Shown here: piece by piece, positions 1 through 12,340 of the stretch
How positions within the stretch are numbered: position 1 is the first letter of the stretch
Layout of the letters: each line of letters begins with the position of its first letter
From: the human T2T-CHM13v2.0 reference genome, Homo sapiens
Assembly (NCBI RefSeq): GCF_009914755.1
Contig: NC_060938.1
Reading direction: 5' to 3' (one strand)
DNA: 64,000 bases
Notes under the pieces: generated by a model
What the model was told of the DNA's origin: nothing
What the model saw: only the letters and a program-made list of their open reading frames with translations
Databases searched by the model: none
Position numbers and translations under genes: made by a program

Positions 1-3000
1 GGTCAGAGGAATAGAAAGGGATAGGGCTGAAGAACAGAGGTCGCTTCATTTAGAAAGGAGGCGGGGTCAGAGGAATAGAAAGGGACAGGGCTGAAGAACA
101 GAGGTCGCTGCATTTAGAAAGGAGGCGGGGTCAGAGGAATAGAAAGGGACAGGGCTGAATAACAGAGGTCGCTGCATTTAGAAAGGAGGCGGGGTCAGAG
201 GAATAGAAAGGGACAGGGCTGAAGAACACAGGTCGCTGCATTTAGAAAGGAGGCGGGGTCAGAGGAATAGAAAGGGACAGGGCTGAAGAACAGAGGTCGC
301 TGCATTTAGAAAGGAGGCGGGGTCAGAGGAATAGAAAGGGATAGGGCTGAAGAACACAGGTCGCTGCATTTAGAAAGGAGGCGGGGTCAGAGGAATAGAA
401 AGGGATAGGGCTGAAGAACAGAGGTCGCTTCATTTAGAAACGAGGCGGGGTCAGAGGAATAGAAAGGGATAGGACTGAAGAACACAGGTCGCTGCATTTA
501 GAAAGGAGGCGGGGTCAGAGGAATAGAAAGGGATAGGCCTGAAGAACACAGGTCGCTGCATTTAGAAAGGAGGCGGGGTCAGAGGAATAGAAAGGGACAG
601 GGCTGAAGAACAGAGGTCGCTGCATTTAGAAAGGAGGCGGGGTCAGAGGAATAGAAAGGGACAGGACAGAAGAACACAGGTCGCTGCATGTAGAAAGGAG
701 GCGGGGTCAGAGGAATAGAAAGGGATAGGGCTGAAGAACACAGGTCGCTGCATTTAGAAAGGACGCGGGGTCAGAGGAATAGAAAGGGACAGGACAGAAG
801 AACACAGGTCGCTGCATTTAGAAAGGAGGCGGGGTCAGAGGAATAGAAAGGGACAGGGCTGAAGAACACAGGTCGCTGCATTTAGAAAGGAGGCGGGGTC
901 AGAGGAATAGAAAGGGACAGGACAGAAGAACACAGGTCGCTGCATTTAGAAAGGAGGCGGGGTCAGAGGAATAGAAAGGGATAGGGCTGAAGAACAGAGG
1001 TCGCTGCATTTAGAAAGGAGGCGGGGTCAGAGGAATAGAAAGGGATAGGGCTGAAGAACACAGGTCGCTGCATTTAGAAAGGAGGCGGGGTCAGAGGAAT
1101 AGAAAGGGACAGGGCTGAAGAACACAGGTCGCTGCATTTAGAAAGGAGGCGGGGTCAGAGGAATAGAAAGGGATAGGGGTGAAGAACAGAGGTCACTGCA
1201 TTTAGAAAGGAGGCGGGGTTAGAGGAATAGAAAGGGACAGGGCTGAAGAACACAGGTCGCTGCATTTAGAAAGGAGGCGGGGTCAGAGGAATAGAAAGGG
1301 ACAGGGCTGAAGAACACAGGTCGCTGCATTTAGAAAGGAGGCGGGGTCAGAGGAATAGAAAGGGACAGGGCTGAAGAACACAGGTCGCTGCATTTAGAAA
1401 GGAGGCGGGGTCAGAGGAATAGAAAGGGACAGGGCTGAAGAACACAGGTCGCTGCATTTAGAAAGGAGGCGGGGTCAGAGGAATAGAAAGGGACAGGGCT
1501 GAAGAACACAGGTCACTGCATTTAGAAAGGAGGCGGGGTCAGAGGAATAGAAAGGGATAGGGCTGAAGAACAGAGGTCGCTGCATTTAGAAAGGAGGCGG
1601 GGTCAGTAGAATAGAAAGGGAGAGGACAGAAGAACACAGGTCGCTGCATTTAGAAAGGAGGCGGGGTCAGAGGAATAGAAAGGGATAGGGCTGAAGAACA
1701 CAGGTCGCTGCATTTAGAAAGGAGGCGGGGTCAGAGGAATAGAAAGGGATAGGGCTGAAGAACACAGGTCGCTGCATTTAGAAAGGAGGCGGGGTCAGAG
1801 GAATAGAAAGGGACAGGGCTGAAGAACACAGGTCGCTGCATTTAGAAAGGAGGCGGGGTCAGAGGAATAGAAAGGGATGGGGCTGAAGAACACAGGTCGC
1901 TGCATTTAGAAAGGAGGCGGGGTCAGAGGAATAGAAAGGGATGGGGCTGAAGAACAGAGGTCGCTGCATTTAGAAAGGAGGCGGGGTCAGAGGAATAGAA
2001 AGGGACAGGGCTGAAGAACACAGGTCGCTGCATTTAGAAAGGAGGCGGGGTCAGAGGAATAGAAAGGGACAGGGCTGAAGAACACAGGTCGCTGCATTTA
2101 GAAAGGATGCGGGGTCAGAGGAATAGAAAGGGACAGGGCTGAAGAACAGAGGTCGCTGCATTTAGAAAGGAGGCGGGGTCAGAGGAATAGAAAGGGACAG
2201 GGCTGAAGAACAGAGGTCGCTGCATTTAGAAAGGAGGCGGGGTCAGAGGAATAGAAAGGGATAGGCCTGAAGAACACAGGTCGCTGCATTTAGAAAGGAG
2301 GCGGGGTCAGAGGAATAGAAAGGGACAGGGCTGAAGAACACAGGTCGCTGCATTTAGAAAGGAGGCGGGGTCAGAGGAATAGAAAGGGATAGGGCTGAAG
2401 AACAGAGGTCGCTTCATTTAGAAAGGAGGCGGGGTCAGAGGAATAGAAAGGGATGGGGCTGAAGAACAGAGGTCGCTGCATTTAGAAAGGAGGCGGGGTC
2501 AGTAGAATAGAAAGGGACAGGACAGAAGAACACAGGTCGCTGCATTTAGAAAGGAGGCGGGGTCAGAGGAATAGAAAGGGACAGGGCTGAAGAACACAGG
2601 TCGCTGCATTTAGAAAGGAGGCGGGGTCAGAGGAATAGAAAGGGACAGGGCTGAAGAACACAGGTCGCTGCATTTAGAAAGGAGGCGGGGTCAGAGGAAT
2701 AGAAAGGGAGGGGGCTGAAGAACAGAGGTCGCTGCATTTAGAAAGGAGGCGGGGTCAGAGGAATGGAAAGGGACGGGGCTGAAGAACAGAGGTCGCTGCA
2801 TTTAGAAAGGAGGCGGGGTCAGAGGAATAGAAAGGGACGGGGCTGAAGAACACAGGTCGCTGCATTTAGAAAGGAGGCGGGGTCAGAGGAATAGAAAGGG
2901 ATAGGGCTGAAGAACACAGGTCGCTGCATTTAGAAAGGAGGCGGGGTTAGAGGAATAGAAAGGGACAGGGCTGAAGAACAGAGGTCGCTGCATTTAGAAA

Positions 3001-3719
3001 GGAGGCGGGGTCAGAGGAATAGAAAGGGATAGGCCTGAAGAACAGAGGTCGCTGCATTTAGAAAGGAGGCGGGGTCAGAGGAATAGAAAGGGACAGGGCT
3101 GAAGAACACAGGTCGCTGCATTTAGAAAGGAGGCGGGGTCAGAGGAATAGAAAGGGACAGGGCTGAAGAACAGAGGTCGCTGCATTTAGAAAGGAGGCGG
3201 GGTCAGAGGAATAGAAAGGGATAGGGCTGAAGAACACAGGTCGCTGCATTTAGAAAGGAGGCGCGGTCAGAGGAATAGAAAGGGACAGGGATGAAGAACA
3301 CAGGTCGCTGCATTTAGAAAGGAGGCGGGGTCAGAGGAATAGAAAGGGATAGGGCTGAAGAACACAGGTCGCTGCATTTAGAAAGGAGGCGGGGTCAGAG
3401 GAATAGAAAGGGACAGGGCTGAAGAACACAGGTCGCTGCATTTAGAAAGGAGGCGGGGTCAGAGGAATAGAAAGGGATGGGGCTGAAGAACAGAGGTCGC
3501 TGCATTTAGAAAGGAGGCGGGGTCAGAGGAATGGAAAGGGACGGGGCTGAAGAACAGAGGTCGCTGCATTTAGAAAGGAGGCGGGGTCAGAGGAATAGAA
3601 AGGGACAGGGCTGAAGAACACAGGTCGCTGCATTTAGAAAGGAGGCGGGGTCAGAGGAATAGAAAGGGATAGGGCTGAAGAACAGAGGTCGCTGCATTTA
3701 GAAAGGAGGCGGGGTTAGA

Positions 3720-5855
3720 GGAATAGAAAGGGACAGGGCTGAAGAACACAGGTCGCTGCATTTAGAAAGGAGGCGGGGTCAGAGGAATAGAAAGGGATAG
3801 GGCTGAAGAACAGAGGTCGCTGCATTTAGAAAGGAGGCGGGGTCAGAGGAATAGAAAGGGATAGGGCTGAAGAACACAGGTCGCTGCATTTAGAAAGGAG
3901 GCGGGGTCAGAGGAATAGAAAGGGATAGGGCTGAAGAACACAGGTCGCTGCATTTAGAAAGGAGGCGGGGTCAGAGGAATAGAAAGGGACAGGGCTGAAG
4001 AACAGAGGTCGCTGCATTTAGAAAGGAGGCGGGGTCAGAGGAATAGAAAGGGACAGGGCTGAAGAACACAGGTCGCTGCATTTAGAAAGGAGGCGGGGTC
4101 AGAGGAATAGAAAGGGACAGGGCTGAAGAACACAGGTCGCTGCATTTAGAAAGGAGGCGGGGTCAGAGGAATAGAAAGGGACAGGGCTGAAGAACACAGG
4201 TCGCTGCATTTAGAAAGGAGGCGGGGTCAGAGGAATAGAAAGGGACAGGGCTGAAGAACACAGGTCGCTGCATTTAGAAAGGAGGCGGGGTCAGAGGAAT
4301 AGAAAGGGACAGGGCTGAAGAACACAGGTCGCTGCATTTAGAAAGGAGGCGGGGTCAGAGGAATAGAAAGGGACAGGGCTGAAGAACAGAGGTCGCTGCA
4401 TTTAGAAAGGAGGCGGGGTCAGAGGAATAGAAGGGATAGGCCTGAAGAACAGAGGTCGCTGCATTTAGAAAGGAGGCGGGGTCAGAGGAATAGAAAGGGA
4501 TAGGGATGAAGAACACAGGTCGCTGCATTTAGAAAGGAGGCGGGGTCAGAGGAATAGAAAGGGATAGGCCTGAAGAACAGAGGTCGCTGCATTTAGAAAG
4601 GAGGCGGGGTCAGAGGAATAGAAAGGGATAGGGATGAAGAACAGAGGTCGCTGCATTTAGAAAGGAGGCGGGGTCAGAGGAATAGAAAGGGATAGGCCTG
4701 AAGAACAGAGGTCGCTGCATTTAGAAAGGAGGCGGGGTCAGAGGAATAGAAAGGGACAGGGCTGAAGAACACAGGTCGCTGCATTTAGAAAGGAGGCGGG
4801 GTCAGAGGAATAGAAAGGGATAGGGCTGAAGAACAGAGGTCGCTGCATTTAGAAAGGAGGCGGGGTCAGAGGAATAGAAAGGGATAGGGCTGAAGAACAC
4901 AGGTCGCTGCATTTAGAAAGGAGGCGGGGTCAGAGGAATAGAAAGGGATAGGGCTGAAGAACACAGGTCGCTGCATTTAGAAAGGAGGCGGGGTCAGAGG
5001 AATAGAAAGGGACAGGGCTGAAGAACAGAGGTCGCTGCATTTAGAAAGGAGGCGGGGTCAGAGGAATAGAAAGGGACAGGGCTGAAGAACACAGGTCGCT
5101 GCATTTAGAAAGGAGGCGGGGTCAGAGGAATAGAAAGGGACAGGGCTGAAGAACACAGGTCGCTGCATTTAGAAAGGAGGCGGGGTCAGAGGAATAGAAA
5201 GGGACAGGGCTGAAGAACACAGGTCGCTGCATTTAGAAAGGAGGCGGGGTCAGAGGAATAGAAAGGGACAGGGCTGAAGAACACAGGTCGCTGCATTTAG
5301 AAAGGAGGCGGGGTCAGAGGAATAGAAAGGGACAGGGCTGAAGAACACAGGTCGCTGCATTTAGAAAGGAGGCGGGGTCAGAGGAATAGAAAGGGACAGG
5401 GCTGAAGAACAGAGGTCGCTGCATTTAGAAAGGAGGCGGGGTCAGAGGAATAGAAGGGATAGGCCTGAAGAACAGAGGTCGCTGCATTTAGAAAGGAGGC
5501 GGGGTCAGAGGAATAGAAAGGGATAGGGATGAAGAACACAGGTCGCTGCATTTAGAAAGGAGGCGGGGTCAGAGGAATAGAAAGGGATAGGCCTGAAGAA
5601 CAGAGGTCGCTGCATTTAGAAAGGAGGCGGGGTCAGAGGAATAGAAAGGGATAGGGATGAAGAACAGAGGTCGCTGCATTTAGAAAGGAGGCGGGGTCAG
5701 AGGAATAGAAAGGGATAGGCCTGAAGAACAGAGGTCGCTGCATTTAGAAAGGAGGCGGGGTCAGAGGAATAGAAAGGGACAGGGCTGAAGAACACAGGTC
5801 GCTGCATTTAGAAAGGAGGCGGGGTCAGAGGAATAGAAAGGGATAGGGCTGAAGA
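3720..5855 (+). repeat. Tandem duplication of a 16-monomer (1023-bp) block
   Basis: The same A deletion (AATAGAAGGGATAGGCC) occurs at ~4431 and ~5454, 1023 bp apart (16x64-1). The order of position-22, 26-27 and 37 variants is the same in both copies. Confidence 0.92.
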
Positions 5856-8800
5856 ACACAGGTCGCTGCATTTAGAAAGGAGGCGGGGTCAGAGGAATAG
5901 AAAGGGATAGGGCTGAAGAACACAGGTCGCTGCATTTAGAAAGGAGGCGGGGTCAGAGGAATAGAAAGGGATAGGGCTGAAGAACACAGGTCGCTGCATT
6001 TATAAAGGAGGCGGGGTTAGAGGAATAGAAAGGGACAGGGCTGAAGAACACAGGTCGCTGCATTTAGAAAGGAGGCGGGGTCAGAGGAATAGAAAGGGAC
6101 AGGGCTGAAGAACACAGGTCGCTGCATTTAGAAAGGAGGCGGGGTCAGAGGAATAGAAAGGGACAGGGCTGAAGAACACAGGTCGCTGCATTTAGAAAGG
6201 AGGCGGGGTCAGAGGAATAGAAAGGGACAGGACTGAAGAACACAGGTCGCTGCATTTAGAAAGGAGGCGGGGTCAGAGGAATAGAAAGGGACAGGGCTGA
6301 AGAACACAGGTCGCTGCATTTAGAAAGGAGGCGGGGTCAGAGGAATAGAAAGGGACAGGGCTGAAGAACACAGGTCGCTGCATTTAGAAAGGAGGCGGGG
6401 TCAGAGGAATAGAAAGGGACAGGGCTGAAGAACACAGGTCACTGCATTTAGAAAGGAGGCGGGGTCAGAGGAATAGAAAGGGACAGGGCTGAAGAACACA
6501 GGTCGCTGCATTTAGAAAGGAGGCGGGGTCAGAGGAATAGAAAGGGACAGGGCTGAAGAACACAGGTCGCTGCATTTAGAAAGGAGGCGGGGTCAGAGGA
6601 ATAGAAAGGGATAGGACTGAAGAACACAGGTCGCTGCATTTAGAAAGGAGGCGGGGTCAGAGGAATAGAAAGGGATAGGCCTGAAGAACACAGGTCGCTG
6701 CATTTAGAAAGGAGGCGGGGTCAGAGGAATAGAAAGGGACAGGGCTGAAGAACAGAGGTCGCTGCATTTAGAAAGGAGGCGGGGTCAGAGGAATAGAAAG
6801 GGACAGGGCTGAAGAACAGAGGTCGCTGCATTTAGAAAGGAGGCGGGGTCAGAGGAATAGAAAGGGACAGGACAGAAGAACACAGGTCGCTGCATTTAGA
6901 AAGGAGGCGGGGTCAGAGGAATAGAAAGGGACAGGACAGAAGAACACAGGTCGCTGCATTTAGAAAGGAGGCGGGGTCAGAGGAATAGAAAGGGACAGGA
7001 CAGAAGAACACAGGTCGCTGCATTTAGAAAGGAGGCGGGGTCAGAGGAATAGAAAGGGATAGGGCTGAAGAACAGAGGTCGCTGCATTTAGAAAGGAGGC
7101 GGGGTCAGAGGAATAGAAAGGGATAGGGCTGAAGAACACAGGTCGCTGCATTTAGAAAGGAGGCGGGGTCAGAGGAATAGAAAGGGACAGGGCTGAAGAA
7201 CACAGGTCGCTGCATTTAGAAAGGAGGCGGGGTCAGAGGAATAGAAAGGGATAGGGCTGAAGAACACAGGTCGCTGCATTTAGAAAGGAGGCGGGGTCAG
7301 AGGAATAGAAAGGGATAGGCCTGAAGAACACAGGTCGCTGCATTTAGAAAGGAGGCGGGGTTAGAGGAATAGAAAGGGACAGGGCTGAAGAACACAGGTC
7401 GCTGCATTTAGAAAGGAGGCGGGGTCAGAGGAATAGAAAGGGACAGAGCTGAAGAACAGAGGTCGCTGCATTTAGAAAGGAGGCGGGGTCAGAGGAATAG
7501 AAAGGGACAGGACAGAAGAACACAGGTCGCTGCATTTAGAAAGGAGGCGGGGTCAGAGGAACAGAAAGGGATAGGGCTGAAGAACAGAGGTCGCTGCATT
7601 TAGAAAGGAGGCGGGGTCAGTAGAATAGAAAGGGACAGGACAGAAGAACACAGGTCGCTGCATTTAGAAAGGAGGCGGGGTCAGAGGAACAGAAAGGGAT
7701 AGGGCTGAAGAACAGAGGTCGCTGCATTTAGAAAGGAGGCGGGGTCAGTAGAATAGAAAGGGACAGGACAGAAGAACACAGGTCGCTGCATTTAGAAAGG
7801 AGGCGGGGTCAGAGGAATAGAAAGGGACAGGGCTGAAGAACACAGGTCGCTGCATTTAGAAAGGAGGCGGGGTCAGAGGAATAGAAAGGGATAGGGCTGA
7901 AGAACACAGGTCGCTGCATTTAGAAAGGAGGCGGGGTCAGAGGAATAGAAAGGGATAGGGCTGAAGAACACAGGTCGCTGCATTTAGAAAGGAGGCGGGG
8001 TTAGAGGAATAGAAAGGGACAGGGCTGAAGAACACAGGTCGCTGCATTTAGAAAGGAGGCGGGGTCAGAGGAATAGAAAGGGACAGGGCTGAAGAACACA
8101 GGTCGCTGCATTTAGAAAGGAAGCGGGGTCAGAGGAATAGAAAGGGACAGGGCTGAAGAACACAGGTCGCTGCATTTAGAAAGGAGGCGGGGTCAGAGGA
8201 ATAGAAAGGGACAGGACTGAAGAACAGAGGTCGCTGCATTTAGAAAGGAGGCGGGGTCAGAGGAATAGAAAGGGACAGGGCTGAAGAACACAGGTCGCTG
8301 CATTTAGAAAGGAGGCGGGGTCAGAGGAATAGAAAGGGACAGGGCTGAAGAACACAGGTCGCTGCCTTTAGAAAGGAGGCGGGGTCAGAGGAATAGAAAG
8401 GGACAGGACTGAAGAACACAGGTCGCTGCATTTAGAAAGGAGGCGTGGTAAGAGGAATAGAAAGGGACAGGGCTGAAGAACAGAGGTCGCTGCATTTAGA
8501 AAGGAGGCGGGGTCAGAGGAATAGAAAGGGACAGGGCTGAAGAACAGAGGTCGCTGCATTTAGAAAGGAGGCGGGGTCAGAGCAATAGAAAGGGACAGGG
8601 CTGAAGAACACAGGTCGCTGCATTTAGAAAGGAGGCGGGGTCAGAGGAATAGAAAGGGACAGGGCTGAAGAACACAGGTCACTGCATTTAGAAAGGAGGC
8701 GGGGTCAGAGGAATAGAAAGGGACAGGGCTGAAGAACACAGGTCGCTGCATTTAGAAAGGAGGCGGGGTCAGAGGAATAGAAAGGGACAGGGCTGAAGAA

Positions 8801-9659
8801 CACAGGTCGCTGCATTTAGAAAGGAGGCGGGGTCAGAGGAATAGAAAGGGACAGGGCTGAAGAACACAGGTCGCTGCATTTAGAAAGGAGGCGGGGTCAG
8901 AGGAATAGAAAGGGATGGGGCTGAAGAACACAGGTCGCTGCATTTAGAAAGGAGGCGGGGTCAGAGGAATAGAAAGGGATGGGGCTGAAGAACAGAGGTC
9001 GCTGCATTTAGAAAGGAGGCGGGGTCAGAGGAATAGAAAGGGACGGGGCTGAAGAACACAGGTCGCTGCATTTAGAAAGGAGGCGGGGTCAGAGGAATAG
9101 AAAGGGACAGGGCTGAAGAACACAGGTCGCTGCATTTAGAAAGGAGGCGGGGTCAGAGGAATAGAAAGGGACAGGGCTGAAGAACACAGGTCGCTGGATT
9201 TAGAAAGGAGGCGGAGTCAGAGGAATAGAAAGGGATAGGACTGAAGAACAGAGGTCGCTGCATTTAGAAAGGAGGCGGGGTCAGAGGAATAGAAAGGGAC
9301 AGGGCTGAAGAACACAGGTCGCTGCATTTAGAAAGGAGGCGGAGTCAGAGGAATAGGAAGGGATAGGGCTGAAGAACAGAGGTCGCTGCATTTAGAAAGG
9401 AGGCGGGGTCAGAGGAATAGAAAGGGACAGGGCTGAAGAACAGAGGTCGCTGCATTTAGAAAGGAGGCGGGGTCAGAGGAATAGAAAGGGACAGGGCTGA
9501 AGAACAGAGGTCGCTGCATTTAGAAAGGAGGCGGGGTCAGAGGAATAGAAAGGGATAGGCCTGAAGAACACAGGTCGCTGCATTTAGAAAGGAGGCGGGG
9601 TTAGAGGAATAGAAAGGGACAGGGCTGAAAACAGAGGTCGCTGCATTTAGAAAGGAGGC

Positions 9660-12340
9660 GGGGTCAGAGGAATAGAAAGGGATAGGGCTGAAGAACACAG
9701 GTCGCTGCATTTAGAAAGGAGGCGGGGTCAGAGGAATAGAAAGGGATAGGCCTGAAGAACACAGGTCGCTGCATTTAGAAAGGAGGGGGGTCAGAGGAAT
9801 AGAAAGGGACAGGGCTGAAGAACAGAGGTCGCTGCATTTAGAAAGGAGGCGGGGTCAGAGGAATAGAAAGGGACGGGCCTGAAGAACACAGGTCGCTGCA
9901 TTTAGAAAGGAGGCGGGGTCAGAGGAATAGAAAGGGATAGGGCTGAAGAACAGAGGTCGCTGCATTTAGAAAGGAGGCGGGGTCAGAGGAATAGAAAGGG
10001 ATAGGCCTGAAGAACAGAGGTCGCTGCATTTAGAAAGGAGGCGGGGTTAGAGGAATAGAAAGGGACAGGGCTGAAGAACACAGGTCGCTGCATTTAGAAA
10101 GGAGGCGGGGTCAGAGGAATAGAAAGGGATAGGGCTGAAGAACAGAGGTCGCTGCATTTAGAAAGGAGGCGGGGTCAGAGGAATAGAAAGGGATAGGGCT
10201 GAAGAACACATGTCGCTGCATTTAGAAAGGAGGCGGGGTCAGAGGAATAGAAAGGGATAGGACTGAAGAACACAGGTCGCTGCATTTAGAAAGGAGGCGG
10301 GGTCAGAGGAATAGAAAGGGACAGGGCTGAAGAACAGAGGTCGCTGCATTTAGAAAGGAGGCGGGGTCAGAGGAATAGAAAGGGACAGGGCTGAAGAACA
10401 CAGGTCGCTGCATTTAGAAAGGAGGCGGGGTCAGAGGACTAGAAAGGGACAGGGCTGAAGAACACAGGTCGCTGCATTTAGAAAGGAGGCGGGGTCAGAG
10501 GAATAGAAAGGGACAGGGCTGAAGAACACAGGTCGCTGCATTTAGAAAGGAGGCGGGGTCAGAGGAATAGAAAGGGACAGGGCTGAAGAACAGAGGTCGC
10601 TGCATTTAGAAAGGAGGCGGGGTCAGAGGAATAGAAAGGGACAGGGCTGAAGAACAGAGGTCGCTGTATTTAGAAAGGAGGCGGGGTCAGAGGAATAGAA
10701 AGGGACAGGGCTGAAGAACACAGGTCGCTGCATTTAGAAAGGAGGCGGGGTCAGAGGAATAGAAAGGGACAGGGCTGAAGAACAGAGGTCGCTGCATTTA
10801 GAAAGGAGGCGGGGTCAGAGGAATAGAAAGGGACAGGGCTGAAGAACACAGGTCGCTGCATTTAGAAAGGAGGCGGGGTCAGAGGAATAGAAAGGGATAG
10901 GGCTGAAGAACAGAGGTCGCTGCATTTAGAAAGGAGGCGGGGTCAGAGGAATAGAAAGGGATAGGGATGAAGAACACAGGTCGCTGCATTTAGAAAGGAG
11001 GCGGGGTCAGAGGAATAGAAAGGGACAGGGCTGAAGAACACAGGTCGCTGCATTTAGAAAGGAGGCGGGGTCAGAGGAATAGAAAGGGACAGGGCTGAAG
11101 AACACAGGTCGCTGCATTTAGAAAGGAGGCGGGGTCAGAGGAATAGAAAGGGATAGGGCTGAAGAACACAGGTCGCTGCATTTAGAAAGGAGGCGGGGTC
11201 AGAGGAATAGAAAGGGACAGGGCTGAAGAACAGAGGTCGCTGCATTTAGAAAGGAGGCGGGGTCAGAGGAATAGAAAGGGATAGGGCTGAAGAACACAGG
11301 TCGCTGCATTTAGAAAGGAGGCGGGGTCAGAGGAATAGAAAGGGATAGGACTGAAGAACACAGGTCGCTGCATTTAGAAAGGAGGCGGGGTCAGAGGAAT
11401 AGAAAGGGATAGGGCTGAAGAACACAGGTCGCTGCATTTAGAAAGGAGGCGGGGTCAGAGGAATAGAAAGGGATAGGCCTGAAGAACACAGGTCGCTGCA
11501 TTTAGAAAGGAGGCGGGGTCAGAGGAATAGAAAGGGATAGGGCTGAAGAACAGAGGTCGCTGCATTTAGAAAGGAGGCGGGGTCAGAGGAATAGAAAGGG
11601 ATAGGGCTGAAGAACACAGGTCGCTGCATTTAGAAAGGAGGCGGGGTCAGAGGAATAGAAAGGGATAGGCCTGAAGAACACAGGTCGCTGCATTTAGAAA
11701 GGAGGGGGGTCAGAGGAATAGAAAGGGACAGGGCTGAAGAACAGAGGTCGCTGCATTTAGAAAGGAGGCGGGGTCAGAGGAATAGAAAGGGACGGGGCTG
11801 AAGAACACAGGTCGCTGCATTTAGAAAGGAGGCGGGGTCAGAGGAATAGAAAGGGATAGGGCTGAAGAACAGAGGTCGCTGCATTTAGAAAGGAGGCGGG
11901 GTCAGAGGAATAGAAAGGGATAGGCCTGAAGAACAGAGGTCGCTGCATTTAGAAAGGAGGCGGGGTTAGAGGAATAGAAAGGGACAGGGCTGAAGAACAC
12001 AGGTCGCTGCATTTAGAAAGGAGGCGGGGTCAGAGGAATAGAAAGGGATAGGGCTGAAGAACAGAGGTCGCTGCATTTAGAAAGGAGGCGGGGTCAGAGG
12101 AATAGAAAGGGATAGGGCTGAAGAACACATGTCGCTGCATTTAGAAAGGAGGCGGGGTCAGAGGAATAGAAAGGGATAGGACTGAAGAACACAGGTCGCT
12201 GCATTTAGAAAGGAGGCGGGGTCAGAGGAATAGAAAGGGACAGGGCTGAAGAACAGAGGTCGCTGCATTTAGAAAGGAGGCGGGGTCAGAGGAATAGAAA
12301 GGGACAGGGCTGAAGAACACAGGTCGCTGCATTTAGAAAG
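9660..12340 (+). repeat. Duplicated ~12-monomer cassette at a 30-monomer offset (~9660-10430 and ~11580-12340)
   Basis: C deletion in GGAGG(C)GGGG at ~9787 and ~11706; CACATGTC variant at 10211 and 12130 (offset 1919 = 30x64-1). Confidence 0.88.

Noticed and set aside
31-45. Full glucocorticoid/androgen response element
   Set aside because: AGAACA is followed after 3 nt by GTCGCT rather than TGTTCT, so only a half-site is present.
53-62. AAAGGAGG Shine-Dalgarno-like motif in every monomer
   Set aside because: There is no start codon at suitable spacing, TAG/TGA stops are frequent on the + strand, and nothing suggests a prokaryotic context. It is a chance match in purine-rich DNA.
8368-8559. 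63-aa minus-strand ORF (MQRPLFFSP...)
   Set aside because: It spans exactly three monomers (192 bp) read through successive frames because 64 mod 3 = 1. It is open only because C4>A at 8450 removes the minus-strand TGA. It is low-complexity P/S/L/F sequence with no gene context.
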